The notes: generated by a model not told the origin, from the sequence alone. Shown: positions 22,955-32,583, numbered from the stretch's first letter. The stretch is 64,000 nt of DNA from an uncultured Planctomycetota bacterium (GCA_963737655.1 CAVTTN010000002.1:6752001-6816000), one strand, 5' to 3'. Made by a program: numbers and translations.

Positions 22955-24463
22955 ATGCCGAACAAGTATTCGATCGGGAGCGTCAACCTGGTCAGCTCCA
23001 CCGACCCCTCGGCCCTCGCCCCGGGGCCGAGCCGCCTCGCCCGGGGCCCCGTTCCGCCTCCTGGTCGTCGGCGACTTCCGCGGCCATCGCGGGGCCGACT
23101 CCCCTCCGCTCGCCTCCCGGAAGCCGGTGAAGGTCGATCGCGACAACTTCGACGACGTCCTGGCCAGGCTCGCCCCGAGCCTCCAGTGGACCGGACGCGA
23201 CGCCGAATCCTCGATCTCGCTTCGGTTTACGGAAATCGACGACTTCCACCCCGACCGCGTCCTCGAACGCTCGGGGACGTTCGACGCCCTCAAGAAACTC
23301 CGCCGAGACCTGGACGACCCCTCGAAGATCGACGACGTGGCCGACCGCCTGGGCATGAGGGTCGCCCCGCCCCCCTCGGCCTCCTCGCCGCCTCCCGGCA
23401 CCGACCCCGCGCCGATCGACCTGCTCGACCAGATCCTCCTCCAGACGCCCACCGTGCCGACCGGCCCGGGGCTGCTCGGCCCGTGGGAGGCGTTCCTCGA
23501 CACCCTCACCACCGGCCATCGCGTCGCCGGCGCCGACCCCCGCCGCGCCGACCTCGACCGCGCCCTCCAATCGGCCGAGGCCGACCTCCTCCGCGCCCTC
23601 CTCCACCATCCCGAATTCCAGTCCCTGGAAGGACTTTGGCGAGGTCTCCGCTTCCTCACCCGCCGCCTCGACACCGACGGCTCGCTCTCCATCTGGGCCC
23701 TCGACGCCTCGAAATCCGAGATCGCCGCCGACCTCTCCGCCGGCGCCCCGGCCCTGAAGAAACTGCTGATCGAGCCGACCGTCGGCACCCCCGGGGGACA
23801 GCCCTGGGCCGTGATCTCGGCCGCTTTCGAATTCGGACCCGTCCCGACCGATCTGGCTACCCTGGAAGGGCTTGCGGTCGTCGGACGGGTCTGCGGCGCC
23901 CCCGTCCTGGCCGGCGCGTCCCCCGAGTTCCTCGGCGTCGAATCGCTGGCCGAGACCCCCGACCCCGACGACTGGCCGGGCCTGGCGGATTCCGACCTCG
24001 AAGCCGCCTGGTCGGCCCTCCGCCGAGGCCCGAACGCCGCGTTCCTGGGCCTGGCGATCCCCCGATTCCTCCTCCGCCAGCCCTATGGCAGCGACGGGGA
24101 ATCCATCGACACCTTCCCATTCGAAGAAATCGGCCCGGGGCAGGGGAATTCGGCCTTCCTGTGGGGCAATCCGGCCATCGCCCTCGGCGAAATGCTCGGC
24201 CGGGCCTTCTCCATCGGCGGCTGGAACCTCCGGCTCGGCACCACCAACGAGATCGACGGCCTCCCCGCCCACATCGACCGCCGGGGCGAGGAATCGCTCA
24301 TGACCCCCTGCGCCGAGGCGCCCTGGGCCTCCGGGCCGGCGAGGCGATCCTCGACCGCGGCCTGATGCCCCTGCTCTCCATCGCCGGACGCCCCGCGATC
24401 CGCCTCTCCCGGTTCCAGTCCGTGGCCGACCCGGTCCGCCCCCTGGCCGGTCGGTGGGGCTGA
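22955..24463 (+). CDS. T6SS contractile sheath-like protein, TssB-like N-terminus fused to TssC-like domain; frameshifts near 23040 and 24325
   Basis: PFRLLVVGDF...VDRDNFDDVL (TssB-like); LLHHPEFQSLEGLWRGL, PRFLLRQPYG, FLWGNPA (TssC-like). Confidence 0.8.
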   Translation: MPNKYSIGSVNLVSSTDPSALAPGPSRLARGPVPPPGRRRLPRPSRGRLPSARLPEAGEGRSRQLRRRPGQARPEPPVDRTRRRILDLASVYGNRRLPPRPRPRTLGDVRRPQETPPRPGRPLEDRRRGRPPGHEGRPAPLGLLAASRHRPRADRPARPDPPPDAHRADRPGAARPVGGVPRHPHHRPSRRRRRPPPRRPRPRPPIGRGRPPPRPPPPSRIPVPGRTLARSPLPHPPPRHRRLALHLGPRRLEIRDRRRPLRRRPGPEETADRADRRHPRGTALGRDLGRFRIRTRPDRSGYPGRACGRRTGLRRPRPGRRVPRVPRRRIAGRDPRPRRLAGPGGFRPRSRLVGPPPRPERRVPGPGDPPIPPPPALWQRRGIHRHLPIRRNRPGAGEFGLPVGQSGHRPRRNARPGLLHRRLEPPARHHQRDRRPPRPHRPPGRGIAHDPLRRGALGLRAGEAILDRGLMPLLSIAGRPAIRLSRFQSVADPVRPLAGRWG

Positions 24464-25125
24464 TCGAGGCACGGAGCAGCGAAGGCGCGAAGAGGCTCAC
24501 GGGACGTTCCCCAAACATCAAGCGGTCGGACATCGCCCCGGCCCCAGCCGGAACCTGTTGCAAGACACCATCGCGACCGACCGCCCCAACGATCACCCCT
24601 CCTCGAATTTCTTCAAAAGCGTCGCCACAAGACCCCGATCGAGGAGCGCCCGGGGACCACACGCAGCCCCGCCGCGCAAGGCCCAAAGTGCGCCGGTTTC
24701 GGACCCATTTTTGTCCCCGAAACTATTCGGAGCCAATCGCCCGATGTTCCAGGAGGGAAATCGGTTCGGGAAACCTCACAAAAACATCCAAACACCAGCG
24801 TGTTTCCCCGCGCAGAAGTGACTGCGCATCGAAAACGGCCGTTTTTCCGCCGTTTGCGCGCTTTTTGGGGAAAATGTGTTGTCAAATATTGTCAACTTCC
24901 CAGGTTCGAGAAAATTAGCGGAAATCATGGAGTCCAGTCGGCACGATCGAAAACCCCAATAGTAGCGAGGAATCGGGGCCGCACGACGGAAGGCCGCGCG
25001 ACTCGCCTGGTCCCCTTCGCACCAGGTTTTCACGACCGCCGGGGAAACGGGTCGGAAGCCCGAAATAAGTTTATTTAGGCGATTTACGCGTTTCGCCGCT
25101 CCGGCCTCTTTGGTCTCGACGACCC

Positions 25126-26082
25126 TCAGGGGGTGTCCAGGGGGCTGCGGACCCCGAGCGGGCCGGACTGAAGAACGTGGGTATAAATCATGGTAGTGCG
25201 AACATCTTCATGCCCCAGGAGTTCCTGGACCGTCCGGATGTCGCGCCCTTCTTCCAGGAGGTGGGTGGCGAAGCTATGGCGGAGCGTGTGGGGGCTGGCC
25301 GGCTTGACCAGGCCCGCGCGGAGGGCGGCCCGTCGCACCGCCCTCTGCAGCGCCTGCTCTCCCACGTGGTGACGGCGGACCGCCCCCGATCGCGGATCGA
25401 CCGACTTCGTCCCCGCGGGGAAGACGTACTGCCAGCCGAGCGAGCGATCCGCCTCGGGATACTTCCTCGCCAGGGCGAACGGCAGGTGGACCCGCCCGAA
25501 CCCCTGGCGGAGGTCCTGCGAATGGAGGTCCTTCACCCGGGCGACCTGGCGCCGAAGCGCCTCGACCAGCGCGACCGGGAGCACCGTCACGCGGTCCTTC
25601 TGCCCTTTGCCGTCGCGAACGACCAGGTGCTTCTGCCCGAAATCCACGTCCTTGACGCGCAAGCGGACGCATTCCATCAGCCGGAGTCCGGACCCGTAAA
25701 GCAGCCCGGCCATCAGCCCGAACGTCCCGTCGAGCTGCGCCAGAAGAGCGCGAACCTCCTGGCGAGTCAGGACCACCGGCAGCCGCTCGGGCCTCCGGGC
25801 CCTGGGCAGGTCGCCAAACTCCTCCAGAGGACGCTTCACGACCTCCCGGTAGAGGAACAACAGGGCGCTGAGTGCCTGGTTCTGGGTCGAGGCCGCCACA
25901 TTCCGATCCACCGCCAGATGGGTCAGGAAGGCCCCAACCTCCACCTCGCCCATTTCCTCGGGATGCCGCTTCTCGTGAAACAAGATGAACTGCTTCGCCC
26001 AGCGGACATAAGCATCCTCAGTGCGAAGGCTATAATGCAACGTCCGGGCAGCCTCCCGGACCCGGTCCAGCAGCATCGACAT
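25126..26082 (-). CDS. intI: Integron integrase
   Basis: [31 protein letters not shown], IntI-specific insert ([10 protein letters not shown]...WQYVFP...RRHH), [21 protein letters not shown]. Confidence 0.98.
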   Translation of the reverse strand: MSMLLDRVREAARTLHYSLRTEDAYVRWAKQFILFHEKRHPEEMGEVEVGAFLTHLAVDRNVAASTQNQALSALLFLYREVVKRPLEEFGDLPRARRPERLPVVLTRQEVRALLAQLDGTFGLMAGLLYGSGLRLMECVRLRVKDVDFGQKHLVVRDGKGQKDRVTVLPVALVEALRRQVARVKDLHSQDLRQGFGRVHLPFALARKYPEADRSLGWQYVFPAGTKSVDPRSGAVRRHHVGEQALQRAVRRAALRAGLVKPASPHTLRHSFATHLLEEGRDIRTVQELLGHEDVRTTMIYTHVLQSGPLGVRSPLDTP

Positions 26083-26179
26083 GGTCGTGTCGTCCCGATC
26101 AACGAATCAAGGAAGAGAAAATCCAAAGAAAATCCTTGCAAGGCGAACTCCCCGCCGGCAAAATCAACAACCGGCCCGA

Positions 26180-26231
26180 GATTATACGTCCGAAACGACG
26201 TGATAAACCACATCATTTCGGACGTATAATC
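26180..26231. promoter_or_regulatory. Palindrome carrying back-to-back TATAAT boxes (candidate Pint and Pc)
   Basis: ATTATACGTCCGAAA 26181-26195 and TTTCGGACGTATAAT 26216-26230. Confidence 0.6.
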
Positions 26232-26239
26232 CCGCAAAT

Positions 26240-26282
26240 TCGGGGATTCTGCGTCACTTTCGATGTCTACTTCATGTTAGGC
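26240..26282 (+). other. attI site (core GTTAGGC at 26276-26282; left limit approximate)
   Basis: First GTTRRRY after intI with no attC stem upstream; cassette 1 starts here. Confidence 0.8.
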
Positions 26283-26513
26283 GGCTCAGGAGTCGAAGCC
26301 TTCGGTCGTGCTCGTCGTCGGCCTCGCCGGTCGCGCCTCGGCTCGACGACGCCATCGGTCGGGCCCCTGGAGTCGGCCTCGGCGGTGGTGCGCGTCGTCG
26401 CCCTCGCCGGCCGCGCCCCCGAGGTCGGGCCCGTCGGCCGGCGCCCCCTTGCCAACGCCGTCGGTCCGTGCCAGGATCGTCGGTGTCGGCGCGTGGGGCG
26501 TCGCCGGGGCGCC

Positions 26514-26613
26514 GCCTAACCCGGCGCTGCAGCGGACCCGGCCCGCGGTCGACGATCACTCTCCTCTCAATCTCGCCGGGCGCGGGCCGGTCCGCTGAGC
26601 TTTGTCGTTAGGC
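26514..26613 (+). repeat. attC1 (intact)
   Basis: GCCTAAC...GTTAGGC with CAGCGGACC/GGTCCGCTG arms. Confidence 0.92.
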
Positions 26614-26978
26614 GGCTGACTCACGGGTCATTCGCAAGGTCTGATGGCAGCGTGCGACGTCGCCGGGGGCCCGGTCGGTCCCGTGCTTCGAGCGTCGTCG
26701 CCGCCGTGTCATCGCGCATCGCCGGTGGCCTCGGTCCTCACCGCGGTGGTGTCGTTGCCGTGGGGGCTCGCGTGCGTTCGTTGCCGCGGGGGTCTTGCGT
26801 CGTGCTCACGCGCCGCCTCCCCGTGAACTCTTCGCGCCGGCGGTTCGGCATCGGTTGATACTATGTGGGCATGATCATCGATCGGCCCGCATCCCCCCCG
26901 GCCCCCGCGACGACGGGGACGGCCCGATCCGGCTCGGCGGGGCTTGCGGTCGGGCGCCCCGCCTCCGACCCGTCGCCC

Positions 26979-28331
26979 TCACGACGGCGGCGACGGCGGC
27001 GACTTCGCCACCAGCTCGTAGCCCAGCGACCTCGCCTTGCGCCGCAGCGACCGCTCCTGCTTCGCGCGCACCTCGGCCTCGTACTCCGCCAGCGACCTCG
27101 ACACGTACTCCTCGCCGTGCCTGAGCATCCGGTACACCAGCCGCGACAGCTTGTGCGCCGTCGCCGTGATCGCCCCCCGGCCGCCGATCCGGCCCTTGAT
27201 CCGCCGGTAGAACTGGCCCGTCGCCGTCGCCGTCCGGCCCGCCGCCTGCGCCGCCATCCGCAGCGCCTGACCCACCCGGTTCTTGCCCTTGCGGGGCGTG
27301 CGACGCCGCTCGGTCTTGTTGCTCCGGTCGGTCCGCGGGCAGAGGCCCAGCCAGCTGGCGAAGTGCTTCTCGCTCGGGAACCGCCCCACGTCGCCGCCGA
27401 GCTCGGCCAGGATCACCGTCGCCGTCGTCGCGTCGATCCCCTCGATGGCCGTCAGGTCCACGCCGATCGCCCGGGCCAGCTTGGCCGGGGCGTCGAACCG
27501 CACGTCGTTGGCCTTGCGGCCGCGCTTGCGGGGCCTCGCCGCGATCGGCCGGCCTTCGGAGCGGTCGGGCAGGCGGTCCAGCTCCTCGGCGATCCGGGCG
27601 TCGCACTCGTCGACCTGGCGGTGGAGGTAGTGGTACAGGTCGGACGCCTGCCTCAGGGCGAACAGGTGCTCGGGCCGCCAGGTGCCCTCCAGGGCCCGGG
27701 CGATCTCCGCCTCGTCCCGGGCGCACCGCTCGTGCCGCAGCGCGGCCAGCTTCGTGGCGTCCCGCTCGCCGGCGAGGATCGCGGCGATGATCGCCGTGCC
27801 GGTGACGCCCGTGATGCTGCTGACGACCTCGGTCAGCTTCACATTCATCTGCTCCAAAGCCTTCTGCATGTGCTGGACGTGGTGCGAGGCGTACCGCACG
27901 AGCATCTGCCGCTGCCGCCAGTAGCCGCGCAGGGCCAGGACGGCCCCGGGCGGGCGGAAGGACGGGCGGAGCAGGCCGCACGAGTGGAGGCGCTGGAGCC
28001 ACTGGCAGTCGAGCCGGTCGGTCTTGGGCCGGGCGCCGCAGTGGCTGGCCTGGCTCGGCTCGATGAGGAAGACCTCGAAGCCGCGCGATTCGAGCAGCTC
28101 GAACAGGGGGATCCAGTAGACGCCGGTGGACTCCAGGACCACCGAGGTGACGCCCTCGGCCCGGAACCAATCGGCCAGGGCGTGGAGGTCGGCCGAGCAG
28201 GCGCCGAAGGTGCGGACCCGTCCGGGCCCGACGCAGGCGACGTGGTTGTCGGAGTGGACGTCGACGGCGGCGGCGTGGGGGTGGACGACCGGCAGGGACG
28301 CGTCGGGATCGGGGGGCGTGCGGCGACTCAT
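26979..28331 (-). CDS. IS110-family transposase
   Basis: DEDD residues (AVDVH, LESTGVYW, KTDRLD); IEGID, FPSEKHFASWLGLCP...S, TATAHKLSRLVY. Confidence 0.96.
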   Translation of the reverse strand: MSRRTPPDPDASLPVVHPHAAAVDVHSDNHVACVGPGRVRTFGACSADLHALADWFRAEGVTSVVLESTGVYWIPLFELLESRGFEVFLIEPSQASHCGARPKTDRLDCQWLQRLHSCGLLRPSFRPPGAVLALRGYWRQRQMLVRYASHHVQHMQKALEQMNVKLTEVVSSITGVTGTAIIAAILAGERDATKLAALRHERCARDEAEIARALEGTWRPEHLFALRQASDLYHYLHRQVDECDARIAEELDRLPDRSEGRPIAARPRKRGRKANDVRFDAPAKLARAIGVDLTAIEGIDATTATVILAELGGDVGRFPSEKHFASWLGLCPRTDRSNKTERRRTPRKGKNRVGQALRMAAQAAGRTATATGQFYRRIKGRIGGRGAITATAHKLSRLVYRMLRHGEEYVSRSLAEYEAEVRAKQERSLRRKARSLGYELVAKSPPSPPS

Positions 28332-28540
28332 GGCGAGGGCTCCGGCGGGTGGGGGGCCAAGCCGTCGCGGGCCGAGAGGGGGTCCGGGGACGAGGTAGTC
28401 TCCCCGACGGGAACGTCGCGGGGCCGTGTTGACACGGCGCCGCGGGTCACCAATGATGGGGCCACGGCCTCTCGGGCCAAGCTAACCTGCGGGCGGCGAG
28501 CACCAGGGAGATGACGGCCGGGAGGCCCGCGGCGGCGACG
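28332..28540 (-). ncRNA. Candidate bridge/seek RNA of IS copy 1 (limits approximate)
   Basis: Non-coding region 5' of transposase; target match CTAACCT 28482-28488 and GGCGGC 28492-28497; end match TCCCCG 28401-28406; minus-strand TACGAT at 28544-28549. Confidence 0.65.
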
Positions 28541-28602
28541 CCGATCGTACCGCGCCCCGGTTCACGTCCGTCGGGGAGCGGTCGCAGGCCGCGCGGAGAG
28601 TT

Positions 28603-28698
28603 AACCTTGCGCTGCAGCGGACCCGGCCACGGGCCGCGCCTTGTGTCCTTTCCGGCTCGTCGGTCCGTGGACCGGTCCGCTGAGCTTTGGCGTTAGGC
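28603..28698 (+). repeat. attC2 (part downstream of IS)
   Basis: AACC...GTTAGGC. Confidence 0.9.
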
Positions 28699-28908
28699 GG
28701 CTGACTCACGGGTCATTCGCGAGGCCCGTTCGCAGCGAAGCAAGCGACGTCGCCGGCGGCTCGGTCGGTCCCGTGCTTCGAGCGTCGTCACCGCCGTGTC
28801 GTCGAACATCGCCGCGGGCATCGGTCCTCACCGCCGCGGGTTCGTTGCCGTGGGGTCTCGCGTGCGTTCGTTGCCGTCGGGGTCTTGCGTCGTGCCTTCG
28901 CGCCGCCT

Positions 28909-29288
28909 CTTCGTGAACTCTTTGGCTGGGAACGGCCATCGACGCGCGACACTACCCCAACCCCAGGCTTTGTGGCCGGGCAGCGGCGAGGTCCGGGTAG
29001 CAAACCGACGGATTCAAGAGCGGCGGACGAGGCGCGGGCCGAGAGGGGAGTCGGTTACGTTTGCAGTCTCTTCGACGGGAACATCCCCGCGAGTCGGCTC
29101 GCGGGGCGTCGCCAATGACCGGATCACGACCTCTCGGGCCAGGCTAACCTACGGGCAGGGAGCACCAAGGTGGAGACGGCCGGGAGGCCCGCGCCACACT
29201 CAGGCTACGCCGCGCCGGGTCGGCGGGCAAGTCGTCCCCGACCCCCGTTCACGCCCCGTCGGGAGCGGACGAAGGCCGCAGGATGGTT
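28909..29288 (-). mobile_element. 380-bp non-autonomous IS110-like mini-element M1 in attC3
   Basis: CTTCGTGAACTC...GGATGGTT between GCCT and AAC; homologous to IS non-coding region. Confidence 0.92.
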
Positions 29289-29384
29289 AACCTTGCGCTG
29301 CAGCGGACCCGGCCACGGGCCGCGTTCTTTGTTCTTTCACGCTCACAGGTCCGTGGACCGGTCCGCTGAGCTTTGGCGTTAGGC
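29289..29384 (+). repeat. attC3 (downstream part)
   Basis: AACC...GTTAGGC. Confidence 0.9.
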
Positions 29385-29408
29385 GTCTTCGCAGCGGAGG
29401 GGCACGCG

Positions 29409-29855
29409 GTGGGGATCACTCCGGCGACGCGGAAGCCGGTCCACCTCCTGACGGCTGCCGATCTCGCGGCGTTCCCGGTCTGGGAGTACGCCGACGATGA
29501 GGAGTCCGTCGAGGGTCGGGATGAGACCTGGATCCGCCCTGTCCCCGTCGAAGTCATGCCTTCCCGGAGCTATGCCATCGTCGCGGCGGACTTCGAGGCT
29601 GCTTGCGGTCGTCGCTTCCAGGGGTATGTCTTCGTCTCCACGTTGGAGGGCGCCCCCGACGCATGCCAGGGCGTCATCTGGTCAGGTTCGTCGGGCCTCT
29701 TCGTCGCTAACCCGGAGGCTGTCGTCTACAAGGGATCGCGGGCTGAGTTGCTCGCAGGGCTGGGCGTCGGCGAGCATGAGTTGTTCCCCCTGTCCTTCCG
29801 TCCGCGCGTTCCGGTCGAGGGTATGCAAGGGCTCTGGTCAGGCGTGTTACCCTAA
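29409..29855 (+). CDS. Cassette 4 hypothetical protein
   Basis: GGAGG RBS, GTG start, fills cassette, stop just before attC. Confidence 0.75.
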   Translation: MGITPATRKPVHLLTAADLAAFPVWEYADDEESVEGRDETWIRPVPVEVMPSRSYAIVAADFEAACGRRFQGYVFVSTLEGAPDACQGVIWSGSSGLFVANPEAVVYKGSRAELLAGLGVGEHELFPLSFRPRVPVEGMQGLWSGVLP

Positions 29856-29856
29856 C

Positions 29857-29958
29857 GCCTAACCCGGCGCTGCAGCGGACCCCGGCCACGGGCCGCGCTT
29901 TCTCTTCTGTTGTAGCTCAGTGGTCCGTGGCCGGGTCCGCTGAGCTTGGTCGTTAGGC
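29857..29958 (+). repeat. attC4 (intact)
   Basis: GCCTAAC...GTTAGGC. Confidence 0.92.
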
Positions 29959-29977
29959 GTCAGGGGGCGATCTCGCC

Positions 29978-30421
29978 GTGAGCGTCAAAGTCCTCGCGCT
30001 CGACCTTGAGCGAACGCTGATCGATGACGCCCTGAGCGCCCGCCCACGGCCCGGCCTCCGCGATTTCCTCGCCTTCTGCGACGAGAGCTTCACGCGGGTC
30101 GCCATCTACACCACGGTCGAGGAGACCGACGCCCGCGAAGTCATTGATGAACTGGCCCGTGAGGGCCACGTCACTCAGGCCCTGCTAGCGCGGCTGGAGT
30201 ACATCGATTGGTCGGGCGAGCACAAGGATCTTGCGTATGTGCCCGGCGTCGCCGCGGAAGAGGTGGTGCTCGTCGATGACGACGCCGGTTGGATCCGGCC
30301 GGATCAGCGAGGGAGCTGGGTCGCCATCAAGCCCTGGGACGGCGGGCCGGACGGCGAGTTGCCCCGCATCAGGTCAATACTCCAGGCCCTGGTCGCCGGT
30401 GTGGCCGCGCCGGATGCCTAA
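29978..30421 (+). CDS. Cassette 5 HAD/NIF-type phosphatase-like protein
   Basis: LALDLERTL, RPGLRDFL, KDL, VVLVDD; stop is the attC TAA. Confidence 0.8.
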   Translation: MSVKVLALDLERTLIDDALSARPRPGLRDFLAFCDESFTRVAIYTTVEETDAREVIDELAREGHVTQALLARLEYIDWSGEHKDLAYVPGVAAEEVVLVDDDAGWIRPDQRGSWVAIKPWDGGPDGELPRIRSILQALVAGVAAPDA

Positions 30422-30515
30422 CCTCGCGCTGCAGCGGACCCGGCCCGCCGCGGCGTTTTCTGGTATCATCAAGCCTTCACTTGGCGGTCCGGTCCGCTGA
30501 GCTTTGGCGTTAGGC
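30416..30515 (+). repeat. attC5 (intact)
   Basis: GCCTAAC...GTTAGGC. Confidence 0.92.
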
Positions 30516-30557
30516 GGCTCGACCTCAACCGTGGACGACGTGCACGATGACCCCTCG

Positions 30558-30977
30558 ATGGAGATACGCTCCTGCCACGGCAGGCGTGGCCTCCGCTTCC
30601 ACAGCCGGCGCGGAGACTACTTCCACGCGAGCGTCGAGGGTGACGGCCCGAGTGCCTCCGTGCGGGTCTGGGGCTACACCGATTGCCACCTCCTCGTCGA
30701 CCTCTTCGAGTCGATCGCCCACGACTGGCGCGGCTGGCAAGGCGAGCGTTCCTGGTCCTCCATCGAGGATGAGTTCCGCATCGGTGCCACCACCGACAAG
30801 GCGGGCCATGTCACCCTCTCGGTTGTGCTTGCTCACTGTGACGGGATGGACGACTGGCGGCTCTCGGTGCCGGTCTTCACCGAGGCCGGACAGCTCGAAA
30901 AGATCGCCCGAGAGGTCGCTCGCTTCTTCTCCGGCGATGCGAGCGGCCCCCCGCCCGCAGATGCCGCCTCTTCGTGA
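30558..30977 (+). CDS. Cassette 6 protein, DUF6228-like
   Basis: LFESIAHDWRGWQGERSWSSIE...GHVTL; stop lies inside M2; family recalled, not searched. Confidence 0.7.
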   Translation: MEIRSCHGRRGLRFHSRRGDYFHASVEGDGPSASVRVWGYTDCHLLVDLFESIAHDWRGWQGERSWSSIEDEFRIGATTDKAGHVTLSVVLAHCDGMDDWRLSVPVFTEAGQLEKIAREVARFFSGDASGPPPADAASS

Positions 30978-31349
30978 ACTCTTTGGCTGGGAACGGCCAT
31001 CGACGCGCGACACTACCCCAACCCCAGGCTTTGTGGCCGGGCAGCGGCGAGGTCCGGGTAGCAAACCGACGGATTCAAGAGCGGCGGACGAGGCGCGGGC
31101 CGAGAGGGGAGTCGGTTACGTTTGCAGTCTCTTCGACGGGAACATCCCCGCGAGTCGGCTCGCGGGGCGTCGCCAATGACCGGATCACGACCTCTCGGGC
31201 CAGGCTAACCTACGGGCAGGGAGCACCAAGGTGGAGACGGCCGGGAGGCCCGCGCCACACTCAGGCTACGCCGCGCCGGGTCGGCGGGCAAGTCGTCCCC
31301 GACCCCCGTTCACGCCCCGTCGGGAGCGGACGAAGGCCGCAGGATGGTT
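30970..31349 (-). mobile_element. Mini-element M2 in attC6
   Basis: Same 380-bp sequence and insertion point. Confidence 0.92.
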
Positions 31350-31447
31350 AACCTCGCGCTGCAGCGGACCCCGGCCACGGGCCGCGCCTTCTGCGTCTTC
31401 GTAACTCGCTGGTCCGTGGCCGGGTCCGCTGAGCTTGGTCGTTAGGC
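31350..31447 (+). repeat. attC6 (downstream part)
   Basis: AACC...GTTAGGC. Confidence 0.9.
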
Positions 31448-31464
31448 GGCGGGAGGCTCCCGCG

Positions 31465-31785
31465 ATGGAATGGCCCGAACCGTGGTGCGATGTCGCCGAT
31501 CTCGGCCCCGACTTCGCGGCTACGTTCGAGCGCGTCCTGGTGCGCGAGGTCGCGAGGGGCCATCCGCTCCACGGCATCACGGTCGCAGCGGTCGGCAAGC
31601 GCGACGGCACCGACGACGTGCTATTTCGGCTGCTCGACGGCTCCGGGCGTGTTGCTGCCGTGCATCTGACCTGGACGCGCTCACCTCCCGAACGGCCACC
31701 CTGGCCGGCAACCGAACTATTCGCCAATTTCGAGGCGTTTGCCCGGCATCAGATGCAACCCGACCACGAGGAATACGTGACGTAG
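31465..31785 (+). CDS. Cassette 7 hypothetical protein
   Basis: GGAGG RBS; MEWPEPW...REVARGHPL...DDVLF...VHLTW. Confidence 0.78.
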   Translation: MEWPEPWCDVADLGPDFAATFERVLVREVARGHPLHGITVAAVGKRDGTDDVLFRLLDGSGRVAAVHLTWTRSPPERPPWPATELFANFEAFARHQMQPDHEEYVT

Positions 31786-31807
31786 CGGCGGGCACAGAAC
31801 GCCGCCT

Positions 31808-32187
31808 CTTCGTGAACTCTTTGGCTGGGAACGGCCATCGACGCGCGACACTACCCCAACCCCAGGCTTTGTGGCCGGGCAGCGGCGAGGTCCGGGTAGC
31901 AAACCGACGGATTCAAGAGCGGCGGACGAGGCGCGGGCCGAGAGGGGAGTCGGTTACGCTTGCAGTCTCTTCGACGGGAACATCCCCGCGAGTCGGCTCG
32001 CGGGGCGTCGCCAATGACCGGATCACGACCTCTCGGGCCAGGCTAACCTACGGGCAGGGAGCACCAAGGTGGAGACGGCCGGGAGGCCCGCGCCACACTC
32101 AGGCTACGCCGCGCCGGGTCGGCGGGCAAGTCGTCCCCGACCCCCGTTCACGCCCCGTCGGGAGCGGACGAAGGCCGCAGGATGGTT
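31808..32187 (-). mobile_element. Mini-element M3 in attC7
   Basis: Same 380-bp sequence (C allele). Confidence 0.92.
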
Positions 32188-32282
32188 AACCTCGCGCTGC
32201 AGCGGACCCGGCCCGCCGCGGCGATTTTTCTGCTATCATGGCCCTTCTCGGCGGGCCGGTCCGCTGAGCTTTGGCGTTAGGC
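32188..32282 (+). repeat. attC7 (downstream part)
   Basis: AACC...GTTAGGC. Confidence 0.9.
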
Positions 32283-32299
32283 GGCTCGGAGGTCTGCAA

Positions 32300-32566
32300 G
32301 TGCCACGGCTTCGGTTCACTCGTGCAGAAGCTGAGGCCGAAGCCATACGATTGGCCACAGAGTTCGTCGCCGCGATGCCTGGCACTGAGTCCGCCCGATG
32401 CATCGGTGCCTCCGCCGACCCCTTCACGTCGAGAAGTACAAGCAGCAAGCATCCCGTCATCTGGGCCGTTGGTTTCGTCTTTCACCCACCCGAAGTCGTG
32501 ATGGACGGCGGCGAGTTGTTTGTCGGCGTTAACATCGAAACCAAGGCCGTAACAGCACATGAATAA
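32300..32566 (+). CDS. Cassette 8 hypothetical protein
   Basis: GGAGG RBS, GTG start, fills cassette. Confidence 0.7.
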   Translation: MPRLRFTRAEAEAEAIRLATEFVAAMPGTESARCIGASADPFTSRSTSSKHPVIWAVGFVFHPPEVVMDGGELFVGVNIETKAVTAHE

Positions 32567-32583
32567 CCGCCGTGCGACCGCCT

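Larger units (their letters stand above)
26819..28602 (-). mobile_element. IS110-family element copy 1 (1784 bp) inserted in attC2
   Basis: Flanks GCCGCCT and AACCT rejoin to the attC R'' box; no target duplication beyond one shared T. Confidence 0.95.

Noticed and set aside
24470..25120. AT-richer intergenic stretch with TTGTCAA repeated near 24880-24896
   Set aside because: No recognisable RNA gene, ORF or repeat family; possibly regulatory but unsupported.
26856..26864. TGATACTAT extended -10 inside the IS end, antisense to the transposase
   Set aside because: Not conserved in the mini-elements; a single motif is insufficient.
26865..28514. 549-aa + strand ORF and similar long antisense ORFs (351-2126, 3436-5793, 17863-20883, 53933-56707, 57328-60141)
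   Set aside because: Shadow frames of real genes on the opposite strand.
28909..29288. Mini-elements as group IIC-attC intron remnants
   Set aside because: No reverse transcriptase or GUGYG/domain V signature seen; ends and interior are homologous to the IS110 element.
30974..31351. 125-aa ORF (NSLAGNGHRR...) and METAGRP... ORF repeated in each mini-element
   Set aside because: No RBS or recognisable domain; the homologous IS region is non-coding; long ORFs are expected at this GC content.
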